A stretch of 64,000 nucleotides of DNA from Mytilus edulis (lineage: Eukaryota). The stretch lies in the NCBI RefSeq assembly GCF_963676685.1, contig NC_092347.1:17174001-17238000 (forward strand), given 5' to 3'. A program made the position numbers and the translations under genes. Each line of letters begins with the position of its first letter. Positions within the stretch are counted from its first letter, which is position 1. The notes below the pieces were generated by a model. It made no database searches. It saw only the letters and a list, made by a program, of their open reading frames with translations, and was not told where the DNA came from. Positions 63,707-64,000 of the stretch are shown one piece after another.

Positions 63707-64000
63707 TTTCATATTGCTCATATGTACTTAACAATGTGCCATATAATGAACCATATTACCTTTCTTCATTGGCTCCTTTCGCTTACTTTTCGAAATTAGT
63801 AAGAATCGGTAACTTTTTTAAACGCTGAAATCTCCTATATTAAAATTTGTTTGTTTATATTAACAATGCATGTACGTCATAGAATAAATATTGCCATCCT
63901 GTTTCTTTAATGACACCTTTCGCATTCTTTTCGAAATATATTAAAGAAAAGAGGGAATAGATAACCTTTTAAACGCTGAAATAACGTGCAATAGGCTTAC

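Overview
AT-rich eukaryotic DNA with GT-AG introns. The gene set and repeat landscape suggest a bivalve mollusc, probably Mytilus-like (inference). Genes: (1) a short Cdc25 phosphatase gene (+, 7 coding exons, 8350-12108) plus the last two exons of a near-identical upstream copy; (2) a convergent SoxH/Sox30-like HMG-box gene (-, 23919-13137) plus an orphan duplicate of its 3' end, both products of a ~10.9-kb tandem duplication whose breakpoint lies in a satellite; (3) two tandem Ariadne-like RBR E3 ligase genes (-); (4) a small unknown two-exon gene; (5) the start of a RING-finger gene. The top finding is the 93-bp 'satellite' inside the SoxH gene. On the minus strand it is an array of ~40 modules, each a 48-nt phase-2/phase-2 micro-exon plus a 45-nt GT-AG intron. 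The modules are in frame with the flanking SoxH exons, and their frequent exonic variants are mostly synonymous. Also notable is a ~4-kb non-autonomous element with perfect 54-bp TIRs starting with the RSS heptamer CACAGTG and flanked by a 5-bp duplication. The rest is a mosaic of MITEs, Helentron-associated (HINE-like) elements, SINE/LINE relics and minisatellites. All calls were made by eye; no searches were run.
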